DNA of 64,000 nt from Gammaproteobacteria bacterium. GTDB lineage: Bacteria > Pseudomonadota > Gammaproteobacteria > SZUA-229. The stretch lies in contig JAPHRO010000042.1 in the NCBI GenBank assembly GCA_026195895.1, positions 19,086 through 83,085 on the forward strand. Direction: 5' to 3'. The notes under the pieces were generated by a model. It worked only from the letters and a program-made list of their open reading frames with translations. It was not told the DNA's origin and searched no databases. Position 1 is the first letter of the stretch. Each line of letters opens with the position of its first letter. This document shows, piece by piece, positions 41,017 through 50,782 of this stretch. The position numbers and the translations under genes were made by a program.

Positions 41017-42339
41017 ATGATAAACAAAAATTTAAAGCTGGTAACCGCCCTTGGGTGCGCACTTGGAATAGCCACGCCAGCATCAGTGTTTGCTACCAAC
41101 GGAATGTTCATGATCGGGTATGGAAATAAATCCCGGGGCATGGGTGGCGTTGGTATTACCATGACTCATGACACACTTGCCAGTGCCGCCAATCCAGCAA
41201 CCATGGCGTTTATTAAAGGGAATCAATTCGATATTGGCGGCGATATATTCAAGGCAAACGCAGAAGCTTCCCTGGGTGAAGATGGTGTTTATCTAGGACG
41301 CGTGACCGTTGAAAGCAAACCTGATCACATGGCGCTTGCTGATGGTCTCTATATGATGCCAAGTCTGGGAGCAAGCTGGAATAAAGGTGATTTAAGCTAT
41401 GGCTTTACCATGGTACCCGTGGGCGGCGGTGGCAGTCGCTATGAACCTAATATTTATAACTCTGTAATTACAGGTGCGCCTACCGATGAAAAAATGGGTG
41501 TCTCACTTATGGTAATGAACATTAATCCCACCATTGCCTATAAACTGGATGAGAATAACAGCGTTGGTGCCACACTAATCATCGGCGCACAAGTTTTTAA
41601 ATCCTATGGCCTTTCATATTTCCAGACATTTACCGAATCAGATTCGCCCGACCATCTAACCGACCAGGGTGCGGATATCGCCTACGGTGCGGGTATCCGT
41701 TTAGGCTGGATGGGCAAATTTATGGAAAATAAACTAAGCCTGGGTGCTGAATTCACCTCACAAACCTATATGAGTAAATTTGACGACTATAGTGAACTGT
41801 TTGCCGGTCAAGGTGAACTCAATACTCCCGGCAATATTGGCCTGGGTGCATCCTATCAATTTATGGACGATTTAACTGTGGCTTTAGATATCAACTACAT
41901 CATGTATGAAGATATTCCAGCTATTGCAAACCTTGGTCCCGGCCAGGGCACGGATGGTGCATTGTATATTACAGGACCAGAAACTAATCAGCTTGGTCTG
42001 GATGAAGGGCTCGGCTTTGGCTGGGGAAACCAGACTGTAATCAAACTGGGCGTTGTCTACGCATACGATACACGCTGGACATTACGTGGTGGCTGGAACT
42101 ATGCCAAAAGCCCGATTCATGAAGAACGGGACATCCTGTTCAGTATGGTTGCACCTGCCACTACCGAACATCACCTGACACTGGGCGCAACTTACCAATA
42201 TGACAAAGATATTGAGCTCAACTTCTCATATGGCCATGCTTTCGAAAATACACAATGGGGGCCCACTTATATTGGTGGCAGCGGTGAAATCTCCATGTCT
42301 ACAGATGCGCTCGGAGCAAGCTTGTCAATGAAATTTTGA
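41017..42339 (+). CDS. outer-membrane beta-barrel transporter of the FadL/TodX/OMPP1 family
   Basis: Signal peptide, then ATNGMFMIGYGNKSRGMGGVGI, typical of the FadL-family N-terminus. The protein ends in an aromatic residue (...MKF). Confidence 0.65.
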   Translation: MINKNLKLVTALGCALGIATPASVFATNGMFMIGYGNKSRGMGGVGITMTHDTLASAANPATMAFIKGNQFDIGGDIFKANAEASLGEDGVYLGRVTVESKPDHMALADGLYMMPSLGASWNKGDLSYGFTMVPVGGGGSRYEPNIYNSVITGAPTDEKMGVSLMVMNINPTIAYKLDENNSVGATLIIGAQVFKSYGLSYFQTFTESDSPDHLTDQGADIAYGAGIRLGWMGKFMENKLSLGAEFTSQTYMSKFDDYSELFAGQGELNTPGNIGLGASYQFMDDLTVALDINYIMYEDIPAIANLGPGQGTDGALYITGPETNQLGLDEGLGFGWGNQTVIKLGVVYAYDTRWTLRGGWNYAKSPIHEERDILFSMVAPATTEHHLTLGATYQYDKDIELNFSYGHAFENTQWGPTYIGGSGEISMSTDALGASLSMKF

Positions 42340-42381
42340 TTAGGTATTTAATCTAAAAGAATGAATTAAAGGTACATAGCG

Positions 42382-44232
42382 ATGCAAAACAAACAAAAAT
42401 TAATTAAACCAATCAGCGCCATGCTGTTACTGGCGTGTGGTACGCTGTCTCAACAGGCACAGGCAGCATTACCCGCCAATGCAGTTTTAAACTTCACCTC
42501 TGGCGTTGGCTCCTGCCAGGCGGGCGGAACCTATCCTGCCTGTAATTATGGTGCCACTACTGTTCTAACTGGCAGTTATTTTGCCATGGATCTAAACACG
42601 CCTATTGGTGTTTTTGCCGAAGAAGAACGAACACTCATTGAAACAGCCGGTACTGGCGTTACTTTGGATACAGCCCAGGTAGCAGGCGCCATTGATCTTG
42701 ACTGGTCCTTCGGCGGTAATTTGGGACGACACCTTACCCTAAACGCATTGGCATACACTTCAACAGGATCTAACACCTATAACATTAATATGGCCGGCTG
42801 GACTGTTAACTGGGGAACTGAAGGCAACATCGATATGGGTGCGGGTGCTGCTGCAGTATTAACTTGTGCGGTTGACTGTACTATAGGTGATACGTTTACT
42901 CTTGATTACACTGCAGTTGTGCCGACTGGCAGCTTCAGTGGCATCAATTACCAGTTATATCTTGAAGGCACCATAGGTGTAGACAATACTGCTCCCGTAT
43001 CAAACAATGTAAATATTTCAAGGTTACCTGCAGCAAGTCATACCTGGACACCTGATGTAAGTGATGCTGACATGAATACTTTAACTTGCAACATCGAAAC
43101 TCAAGGATCAAGTGGTACTGCTGCTGTACTATCTGACTGTAGCTCGGGTACATATACACCAGCATCAGGCGCAGGTTTCACAGGCGCAGATTCCTTTACA
43201 TATAGTTCCAATGATGGCTTCGTTGATTCAAATCCACATGGAATTGTTTCTGTTACAGTGTTAGCCGATCCGCCACCATCATGCCAAAATTTACCCGCTT
43301 TGCCTGGTTCAACAACGGCTGCGGGCGTAGCAACCAATGTTACTATTGATGTCACAACTGTTTGTACTGATGCAGCTGGCAGCATAGTCGCCTCAACCCT
43401 GGCCGTATCCAGTACCAGCACGAACAATGGAAATGTTTCTGTTGACCCGGGCACAGGCATTGTTACTTATACGCCAGCATTTGGTTTTGCCGGCACAGAC
43501 ACATTCACCTATACAGTACAGGATGACAATGCTGGCACCTCAACACCTGCCACAGTCACCATGACTGTAGAAACAAACAGCGCTGGTTCACCAACTTCTC
43601 CTGATGGCACACTCGCTTGTGGTACAACTGCAAACTCAGCAGGTAGCACATCATGTGTTGTAACGATGGAAAATATTGGAGTTAATGACAACGGCTTTAG
43701 TAGAGCCCAGGGAATAGCTCAATCTTGTGTAGGCGGCTGTTTTGATTTCACTGTCAGCGGACTAACAGCTGGTAGTGAAGCACGAATCATATTACCTCTA
43801 AGCACTGCAATTCCTGCAGCCGTTGCGGACGATGCCGGTCACAAAATTGTATATAGAAAACTAATGCCTTCAGGATGGCAAGACTTCGATACATCAGACA
43901 ATAATGCAATTGCATCAGCAGCAGGCAGTCCTTCAGGAGCTGATATTATTTGCCCACCCGCTGGAAATGCAAGTTATATATCTGGTCTAACTACAGGTGA
44001 CCGCTGCATACAACTGACGATAACTGATGGCGGCCCTAATGATGCAGATGGCACAGCAAATGGCACCGTGGTTGATCCTGGTGGTGTTAGTGAAACATTT
44101 TTCACCAGTGGAACAGACGGTTGCAGCATGTCTAAAACATCCGTAAATGCACGTGAGCGAGCTGACTGGTGGTTGGTTGCCGGCTTCTTAGGTCTATTGG
44201 GATTATTTAGACTTACACGCAACAAGGCATAA
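42382..44232 (+). CDS. 616-aa secreted surface protein. N-domain paralogous to the VPxPA-tagged 229-aa protein. Central Ig-like Thr/Ser-rich repeats. Distinct C-terminal tag GCSMS-(12 aa)-TM-RLTRNKA
   Basis: Signal peptide. AVLNFTSGVGSCQAGGTYPACNYGATT...MGAGAAAVLTCAVDCTIGDTFTLDYTAVVPTGSFSG matches gene 39523..40212. The tail ...TDGCSMSKTSVNARERADWWLVAGFLGLLGLFRLTRNKA replaces the VPVPA motif with a Cys-containing motif. A CPBP protease gene follows 6 nt downstream. Confidence 0.7.
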   Translation: MQNKQKLIKPISAMLLLACGTLSQQAQAALPANAVLNFTSGVGSCQAGGTYPACNYGATTVLTGSYFAMDLNTPIGVFAEEERTLIETAGTGVTLDTAQVAGAIDLDWSFGGNLGRHLTLNALAYTSTGSNTYNINMAGWTVNWGTEGNIDMGAGAAAVLTCAVDCTIGDTFTLDYTAVVPTGSFSGINYQLYLEGTIGVDNTAPVSNNVNISRLPAASHTWTPDVSDADMNTLTCNIETQGSSGTAAVLSDCSSGTYTPASGAGFTGADSFTYSSNDGFVDSNPHGIVSVTVLADPPPSCQNLPALPGSTTAAGVATNVTIDVTTVCTDAAGSIVASTLAVSSTSTNNGNVSVDPGTGIVTYTPAFGFAGTDTFTYTVQDDNAGTSTPATVTMTVETNSAGSPTSPDGTLACGTTANSAGSTSCVVTMENIGVNDNGFSRAQGIAQSCVGGCFDFTVSGLTAGSEARIILPLSTAIPAAVADDAGHKIVYRKLMPSGWQDFDTSDNNAIASAAGSPSGADIICPPAGNASYISGLTTGDRCIQLTITDGGPNDADGTANGTVVDPGGVSETFFTSGTDGCSMSKTSVNARERADWWLVAGFLGLLGLFRLTRNKA

Positions 44233-44237
44233 AAGCC

Positions 44238-44768
44238 TTGAGCAGAAACACTCTGCTCATCATCAACGGCGCTGCCCTCACCGGCTGCGCCGTTTTTGAT
44301 TATGCCTGGCGTACAACATTAGTGACCAGTTTGATGTTGCTGCTGCCCTTTATTGACCGAACATGGTCATTACCTGAATTTCATATCAATAAAATAAAAT
44401 TGATATTCTGGTCAATAAGCATTGTATCAGGAATATTACTCGTTACATTCAAACCGGATTATGCAACCGCAGCACTTGCTACACTGGTATTAACGGCATT
44501 ACCGGAAGAATGGTTTTTTCGTAGCTATTTTATGATGCGTATTGAAAGAGCAGGATTGCAGCCATACCAAGCCAACATTATTACTTCTCTGTTCTTTGCT
44601 TTGCTTCACCTGCCCGCGCAAGGCTGGTTTGGTTTAAGTGTATTTATTCCATCTTTGATATACGGGTGGATATTTCAGAGGACTAAAGATATTGTGTTAG
44701 TAATTTTGTTACATGCGCTGTCTAATATAGTGTTTTTTATTTATATACGGGACTATCTAAACCTGTAG
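44238..44768 (+). CDS. CPBP-family intramembrane metalloprotease (CAAX-protease/Abi-like), PEP-CTERM-locus type
   Basis: The motifs EEWFFRSYF (EExxxR), LLHLP and HALSNIVFF are the three CPBP signature motifs; 176 aa polytopic. A CAAX-protease-related family is known to occur in PEP-CTERM/exosortase loci. Confidence 0.75.
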   Translation: MSRNTLLIINGAALTGCAVFDYAWRTTLVTSLMLLLPFIDRTWSLPEFHINKIKLIFWSISIVSGILLVTFKPDYATAALATLVLTALPEEWFFRSYFMMRIERAGLQPYQANIITSLFFALLHLPAQGWFGLSVFIPSLIYGWIFQRTKDIVLVILLHALSNIVFFIYIRDYLNL

Positions 44769-44884
44769 CTTATCTTTAAGAGAATGGTATATATGTTAAA
44801 TGCCTTGAAAAACATACGACACCACCTTGAAAACCTAACGACATTCGATCTACCATCAGAGCTACTCAGGGCTTAACATTAAAT

Positions 44885-45985
44885 CTATACCAGTTTCTTT
44901 GTTTTGATTTTACAATAAAGAATTTCGTATGTTGTAGTTGGGCCACAGCCAAATAACGGCGAGTTTCTCTGCTCTTCTATGTTACCACTACCGTGCAATA
45001 TTATTCTCACTGGTTCCAGCCCCTGTTTTGTTAAATACTCAAACAAAGCGGCCATCAAATTTATACGCCCTTCAAATTCTTTTAACGAATGCCCTGCACC
45101 AATTGAGATAACAAAATCAGATACAGTGTCCAATACTGGCGCGAGTTGAGTAAAATATTTTACTACATCCGGTATAATTTCATGATCAATACGAATTCCC
45201 GCGACCAAATTACATGGCCTCCAGTTTTTTTTATTCATCAGGCCGGGTATTTTTTTCATGGCACTATCTGCATTTTCATTAAGCGCCAATATCCACTCCG
45301 AATAATTACGATTAAATGACGTATAAAGCTCATCAAAGGCCGGATCATTATCAATTAAAACCACATTTTCTGGTCGGTTTATAGATTTTCCAAAAACAAT
45401 CATGTTATTGCTATTATCTAATATATTAACCTTCCGCCTTATTACAGGGTTCATGTGTATTCCATCAAGTTCACGATTGGCATTCCCAGCTGCAAACGAT
45501 AACTGCCTCTGGGTACTGCTATTAGATGATAACAGCCCCATCATACGCAGTATTTGCATTGACCTGACCACATCTGTTCTATGCACACGCGCTTGTAATT
45601 CATTAAGTTTATCTGCAGGCGCATCACTAAATTGAGATAAACCCTGACTTATCAGGGCATGCATACCTTGACGATTAATGGCATGTACTGGCAACTCCCA
45701 TCCATCAAATAATTCACAACAAGCGGCCAAATGCGAATAAAGAAATATTTTCTTTAATTCCGGTACCTGATTACTTCCATAAATAACATTTGTCCCATTG
45801 GACAATTTTTTTACAAACTTTTTACTATTAAGTCTTTTAGCCCTGTCTCGAATGAATAATTCATAATTTTCAAAATCTTCAAGAATTTTCGCCAACATGC
45901 CTGATTCGGCAATTGCTGCGAGGCCTTCACCATCGACATTAAAAGATTTTTTGAGATCTTCAAACATTTCCTTGCCTGTATTCAT
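44885..45985 (-). CDS. hypothetical 366-aa protein, AT-rich, no recognisable domain
   Basis: ORF with coding-like amino-acid composition. It is flanked by the CPBP protease and the LanM-like gene on the same strand. Confidence 0.45.
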   Translation of the reverse strand: MNTGKEMFEDLKKSFNVDGEGLAAIAESGMLAKILEDFENYELFIRDRAKRLNSKKFVKKLSNGTNVIYGSNQVPELKKIFLYSHLAACCELFDGWELPVHAINRQGMHALISQGLSQFSDAPADKLNELQARVHRTDVVRSMQILRMMGLLSSNSSTQRQLSFAAGNANRELDGIHMNPVIRRKVNILDNSNNMIVFGKSINRPENVVLIDNDPAFDELYTSFNRNYSEWILALNENADSAMKKIPGLMNKKNWRPCNLVAGIRIDHEIIPDVVKYFTQLAPVLDTVSDFVISIGAGHSLKEFEGRINLMAALFEYLTKQGLEPVRIILHGSGNIEEQRNSPLFGCGPTTTYEILYCKIKTKKLV

Positions 45986-46054
45986 TTTGTTGCCTAATTA
46001 TTTGACCCTGAGAGGAGTATCTATCTTTGATGCGCCTTTATTATTTATAAAAAA

Positions 46055-47773
46055 CTAATCTGCCTTACCTATTTCATTCAATGATTGCAGAAGATATTTT
46101 TTCTGTTCTTTAAGTTTAGAATTGTCCATCGTTTTTACACGATGCAAAACCAATTCATAACCGGATAATTCAAAAATATCATCAAATTTAGTTTTATCTT
46201 CCTTATTCAATCCCCTGGCTGTACTTTTCACAGTAAACCTGGGCACATCTAGACGCGCTAGTATTGCTAATTCTTTTTTGGCAATATCTTGAGGAAGACC
46301 TTTTGAGAAGACAGATGGAAATTTATTACATAATTGATATATATAATCCACATATACCGCGCCATTTTTTAGTGCTGCTGGTACAACAGCAGAATGAATT
46401 ATATGCAAATAGGAACCTGTCCTGCGCATATTAAAACGCACATCAAGCTCTTTAAATTCATTTAATGGACTATCATCCGAAAGCAGATTTTCTTTTTTTT
46501 CCTGAATAAGCTTATAGGCATACTCAAAACCATCAATAACGAAGTCTCTATATTTATGTACACGTTGATATTTTTCATTTATAAAGGGCAGGGCCATGTT
46601 TTCATTTTCCGGATCAAAAAATCCAACCGCACTGATATCCCCTGTTTTTCCTGTACGCCTTTCCTCTATGATCGGAAACAATCTAGTACCAATAACTGAT
46701 TCATAATAATTATTCTGAATATCATAAATGGATTGATCTTTAAATTCGGCGTTATTTCTATCGACATATAGTGGATAAAATAACATTTCATGATCAATAA
46801 AAAAGGGGGCATTAGCATGAGCTATTAGATTGTCGTGGTGATAGTCTGATCCTCTAATAATATACAAAATAGCTCCGAACATGCCTATTCTTTGATAAAA
46901 TTGTTCTATGTCTTTTTCAGATTCGCAGGGTTTATTACTAATAAATTTGGACCAACCATAGGTAAGTTTATTAATTACAGGAACTGAACTCAATTTTAAT
47001 TCAGCTTTATTATCTTGCTCGTTAAACCAATCAACAAATTTCTTGAACGCATGCTCGGCAAGCATGTTCTTGGGTTTGTATACTATTTTGTTTTTATGAT
47101 CGAAACTGACAATTACCACAGTTTGACCGTATTCATGCGGATCAGACAAATCAAGTTGAAGTTCAGAAATAGTTTTAATAACTTCTTCACCAGTAATATT
47201 ACTATGCCTATCAAAAAACACCTGATCTAGTTGCGCATAATCAGCTATTAGTCGCTTGAACAATATTGATGTTGCCTGAATCCAGTAATTTGTATGCATT
47301 GCCAATAATCTTGCCAGCACATTATATTCTTTAAATAATCGTAATGGATTAGCATATATCTGTTTAATATACCCCTCAATATCCATACCAGAAAATTGAG
47401 AACTGTCTTGTTTTTCTTTATAGCTAATTGATATGGTATATGAACAAATATAAACCAGTTTTTTCGCTAGTTGATTTTCCAGATCCAGTTTGCATTTATC
47501 ATCAAGAGCCCCATAAAAGACACCAGACAATGATAATAACTCTATTGTGGCGACTTTTATAAAGGGCGTGATTAGTGCAATATAAAAATCATCATCATTG
47601 CCTTGCTTATATTTATTAGGACCGTTATAAGGGATTCTTTTATACTGCTCAATAGCCGACGATAATAATATCATCCATCGCGCAGTATTGTTACCATCTG
47701 GCACAGTTTCAAAAGGAAACCTTGAATTATTAATAATACCAAGATATTTTTTATTAAGTTTAATTTTTTTCAT
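46055..47773 (-). CDS. stand-alone LanM-N-terminal-like (DUF4135, lipid-kinase-fold) dehydratase-domain protein with no LanC cyclase domain
   Basis: Motif GSDYHHDNLIAHANAPFFIDHEMLF fits the D-x-H-x-x-N ... D-x-E catalytic pattern of class II lanthipeptide synthetase dehydratase domains. The 572-aa length corresponds to the dehydratase half only. Confidence 0.5.
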   Translation of the reverse strand: MKKIKLNKKYLGIINNSRFPFETVPDGNNTARWMILLSSAIEQYKRIPYNGPNKYKQGNDDDFYIALITPFIKVATIELLSLSGVFYGALDDKCKLDLENQLAKKLVYICSYTISISYKEKQDSSQFSGMDIEGYIKQIYANPLRLFKEYNVLARLLAMHTNYWIQATSILFKRLIADYAQLDQVFFDRHSNITGEEVIKTISELQLDLSDPHEYGQTVVIVSFDHKNKIVYKPKNMLAEHAFKKFVDWFNEQDNKAELKLSSVPVINKLTYGWSKFISNKPCESEKDIEQFYQRIGMFGAILYIIRGSDYHHDNLIAHANAPFFIDHEMLFYPLYVDRNNAEFKDQSIYDIQNNYYESVIGTRLFPIIEERRTGKTGDISAVGFFDPENENMALPFINEKYQRVHKYRDFVIDGFEYAYKLIQEKKENLLSDDSPLNEFKELDVRFNMRRTGSYLHIIHSAVVPAALKNGAVYVDYIYQLCNKFPSVFSKGLPQDIAKKELAILARLDVPRFTVKSTARGLNKEDKTKFDDIFELSGYELVLHRVKTMDNSKLKEQKKYLLQSLNEIGKAD

Positions 47774-47931
47774 GCCAAATAACTAATTTTATATAGACCA
47801 TATTTAATCACGAAATTTAAATAGCGGGGTGTATCTTTTTATTATTCAGTGCTCGGCCAAATTATACTTCTGAAGGAGTGGCTACATTCGTCACACATTT
47901 GTGTAAATTAACTTTCACGCTCACATACTTT

Positions 47932-50307
47932 CTACAATTTTTTTATAATCAGTTCTGCTTCTTCATGCCCCTGAAACTTTCTGCCACTTTCAAGCGCTTT
48001 CCCCAAAAAAACTCTAGCGGCATCCTGATTTCCAATTTTGTAATATGCCATACCAAGGTGATATTGAAATATAGGAATATCACTCGCTTTTTCCACTACT
48101 TTCTCAAGAATTGGTACCGCTTTGTCAATCTCACCGGTTTTATAATAAATCCAGCCTATCACATCTAGAAACCCAGGATTTGTTGAATCTTCAAAGGGCA
48201 TAGCAAGTTCTTTTGCTCTTTTCAGACTTTCTGCATCACCTTTTCTGTCTGCCAAAAGAAGCGCAAGATTATTTACAGCCAAAGTATTACTGGAATCAAT
48301 AATCAGAATTTTATCATAGATATTTATCGCCTTTTCATGATCATCCTGACGCTCATAAATTTTCGCTAACTTTGCCATAATCTGAGTATCTTTCGGCAAA
48401 ATTCCGAGAGCCTGTTGATAAATACGAATAGCACCACTTTCATTTCCTTGTTTAAGATAAAGATTCGCAAGACTTATATAAGGTAATGACCATTTGCTGT
48501 TTAATTCAATGGCTTTATGTATTGCTTTTTCTGCCTCCGAATTCTTCTTCTGCGCCAGATAGACTTCACCCAATAACTCATAAGGTATTGCATTTTCTGC
48601 ATGCTCCTTAATCAGCGCATTCAATCTATTAATTGCATTATCGTACTGCTTTAGTTGTAAATGAAGTTTAATAATGGTTGCCATCAATGGCAATAATTTA
48701 TTTGATCTTTTTAGCGCAGCATCATACTCTGTGAAAGCCTTCGGAAATTGCTTTGTAGCGGCATAATAATCCCCCTTCAATTGGTAGCCGTCGGGTCTTG
48801 CTGGATGTGTGGACTTGATTGTATCAATCATTTCACTTACTTCATCCATATCATGCCTGGCTATTGCATATTTTACCTTCATCTTTAATGCATCAATATG
48901 TTTGGGCGAAACTGTCAGTAATTTATTGATTTCTTTTTCAGCTACATCAAGCCTCCCTGCTTTTTGCAAATAATTTGCATAGTTTATATACATCTCTGGA
49001 TTACCAGGCGAATCAGTAATCCCTCTTCTCAGTACTTCCTCAGCCAATTCCGGTTCATTGTTTTTCATGTGTGCAACTGATAATAATGATACAGCTTTGA
49101 CTAAACCCGGCTGATGCTTAATAACAGTTCTAAATGAGCTAATAGCAACGTTGTAGTCCTTCTGGTCAAAAGCGACTCTCCCCTTCATAAATAACGCATC
49201 ATTATCACCCGGATTAGTATCCAGAACTTCCTTAATAAGCTGGCTTGCAACATCAGGATCTTTTTGTTTTAAAGCTATTTTAGCCAGTTTATTTCTTGCC
49301 TTAAGACCATTGGGCTTATAGCCATCAAGTTTGATAATTTCCTGATAGACGTCCACTTCTTTTCCAGGTCTCATTGTTTTATACAGCTCAGCCAATACAA
49401 AGCGCAATTTGAACAATTCAGGATTTTTTTCGATGGCCGATAGCAACGTTTTTTCTGCTCCTTTTACATCTTTGCGCTTAGCCTGGAATTCAGCTAAATA
49501 CAAATACCCTTTCTCATCATATGGATTTATAGATATAATATTCCGAACAGCCTGCTCCGCCTTGTCAAGCTCATCACGTCGTGTATAAAATGAGGCCAGA
49601 TTGATATGAGAAGAAATATTTTCAGGGTCAAGAGAGATAATATCTTTTAATACTATTTCTGCATTTTTATAATCTTTTATCCTGGCATAAACCTCTGCCA
49701 GCTGAACTCTCAGGCTTTGCTCATGCGGCAAAGAATTTATGCCTTTTTTTAGAACTTCGATCGCCTTATCATTTTCTCTGGCTTTTGTATAAAGCACCGC
49801 AAGGGTACGAATTGCATCAATTTGAGCGGGATCTTCTGTAAGAAGATTTTTTGCATAAGGTATTGCTTCTTTATCATTTGTCTGGAACATTACAAACAGT
49901 TTTAGCAGCTTTCCATCCATACTTTCTGGATCAATCGAAACAATCACATCTAAAATTTCTTTTGCCTTGTCAACATCCCTGCTTCTTAGGTAAATCCGTG
50001 CCAGTTTTGCCTGTGCTTTCGTATGAGTTAAATCAAGCTCTACCGCCTGCTTATAATTGGCAAAAGCCTGACGTAAATTTTGGCGTTGTTCTTCAAGCAA
50101 TCCCATCATGTAATAAGCTTCAGAATATTTTGGATCTATCTGTAATGTATTTTTAAACTCTATCCTGGCTTTGTCATAATTGCCTTCCTTAAAGTAAGCC
50201 CTGCCCTTCTCCAGATAAGACTCTTTACGCGCATCTTCACCACTGCAACCTAATAGCATAATAGCCAAACAAACAATTGAGATTAATCTAAGTTTAAGAA
50301 ATCTCAC
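47932..50307 (-). CDS. prsT: PEP-CTERM system TPR-repeat lipoprotein (PrsT family), copy 1
   Basis: Lipobox MLLGCSG, then about 20 TPR units over 791 aa. The N-terminus is collinear with copy 2 (YLEKGRAYFKEGNYDKARIEFKN...). Confidence 0.7.
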   Translation of the reverse strand: MRFLKLRLISIVCLAIMLLGCSGEDARKESYLEKGRAYFKEGNYDKARIEFKNTLQIDPKYSEAYYMMGLLEEQRQNLRQAFANYKQAVELDLTHTKAQAKLARIYLRSRDVDKAKEILDVIVSIDPESMDGKLLKLFVMFQTNDKEAIPYAKNLLTEDPAQIDAIRTLAVLYTKARENDKAIEVLKKGINSLPHEQSLRVQLAEVYARIKDYKNAEIVLKDIISLDPENISSHINLASFYTRRDELDKAEQAVRNIISINPYDEKGYLYLAEFQAKRKDVKGAEKTLLSAIEKNPELFKLRFVLAELYKTMRPGKEVDVYQEIIKLDGYKPNGLKARNKLAKIALKQKDPDVASQLIKEVLDTNPGDNDALFMKGRVAFDQKDYNVAISSFRTVIKHQPGLVKAVSLLSVAHMKNNEPELAEEVLRRGITDSPGNPEMYINYANYLQKAGRLDVAEKEINKLLTVSPKHIDALKMKVKYAIARHDMDEVSEMIDTIKSTHPARPDGYQLKGDYYAATKQFPKAFTEYDAALKRSNKLLPLMATIIKLHLQLKQYDNAINRLNALIKEHAENAIPYELLGEVYLAQKKNSEAEKAIHKAIELNSKWSLPYISLANLYLKQGNESGAIRIYQQALGILPKDTQIMAKLAKIYERQDDHEKAINIYDKILIIDSSNTLAVNNLALLLADRKGDAESLKRAKELAMPFEDSTNPGFLDVIGWIYYKTGEIDKAVPILEKVVEKASDIPIFQYHLGMAYYKIGNQDAARVFLGKALESGRKFQGHEEAELIIKKL

Positions 50308-50782
50308 TTTTATCCTCCAGGTGTTACTAGAAAAACATTTTTGTATTATAAATATCTCAGCGGAATTTTAGGCGGGAAAAATAAACGCAATAAAGAGATA
50401 ACATCAGGGTTAAAATGAATAAAAATCGCCGTATTTTCCACACTACCTAATTAATAATTTCCTTATTTAAATCAGGTACTAGTGATATTTTTTATTCACT
50501 TTTATGAACATAACTTTTTATATAAATTTTCAAAGCCCACTATAATATTTTAGCGACGACTAAATACCTATTTTTCCAGCCCTTCATCACAGGCATGCAT
50601 TGTTGGATTCTGGACTTTAAATATTCCAATCCAATATTTTCTATCCTGCCCAGCTTAAATAACTCTTATAGACACATTCTTAGAGATGCGTATTCTAATG
50701 CTAATTTACCAGGGTCTTTTGTATTTCTTTCCATGCTAATACCGTATTGCAGCACCTCTGGAACTCCCAGCTTCCGTATAAC

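Noticed and set aside
47878-48168. 96-aa plus-strand ORF overlapping the 3' end of prsT copy 1
   Set aside because: It overlaps a well-supported TPR gene, is AT-rich low complexity, and has no RBS.
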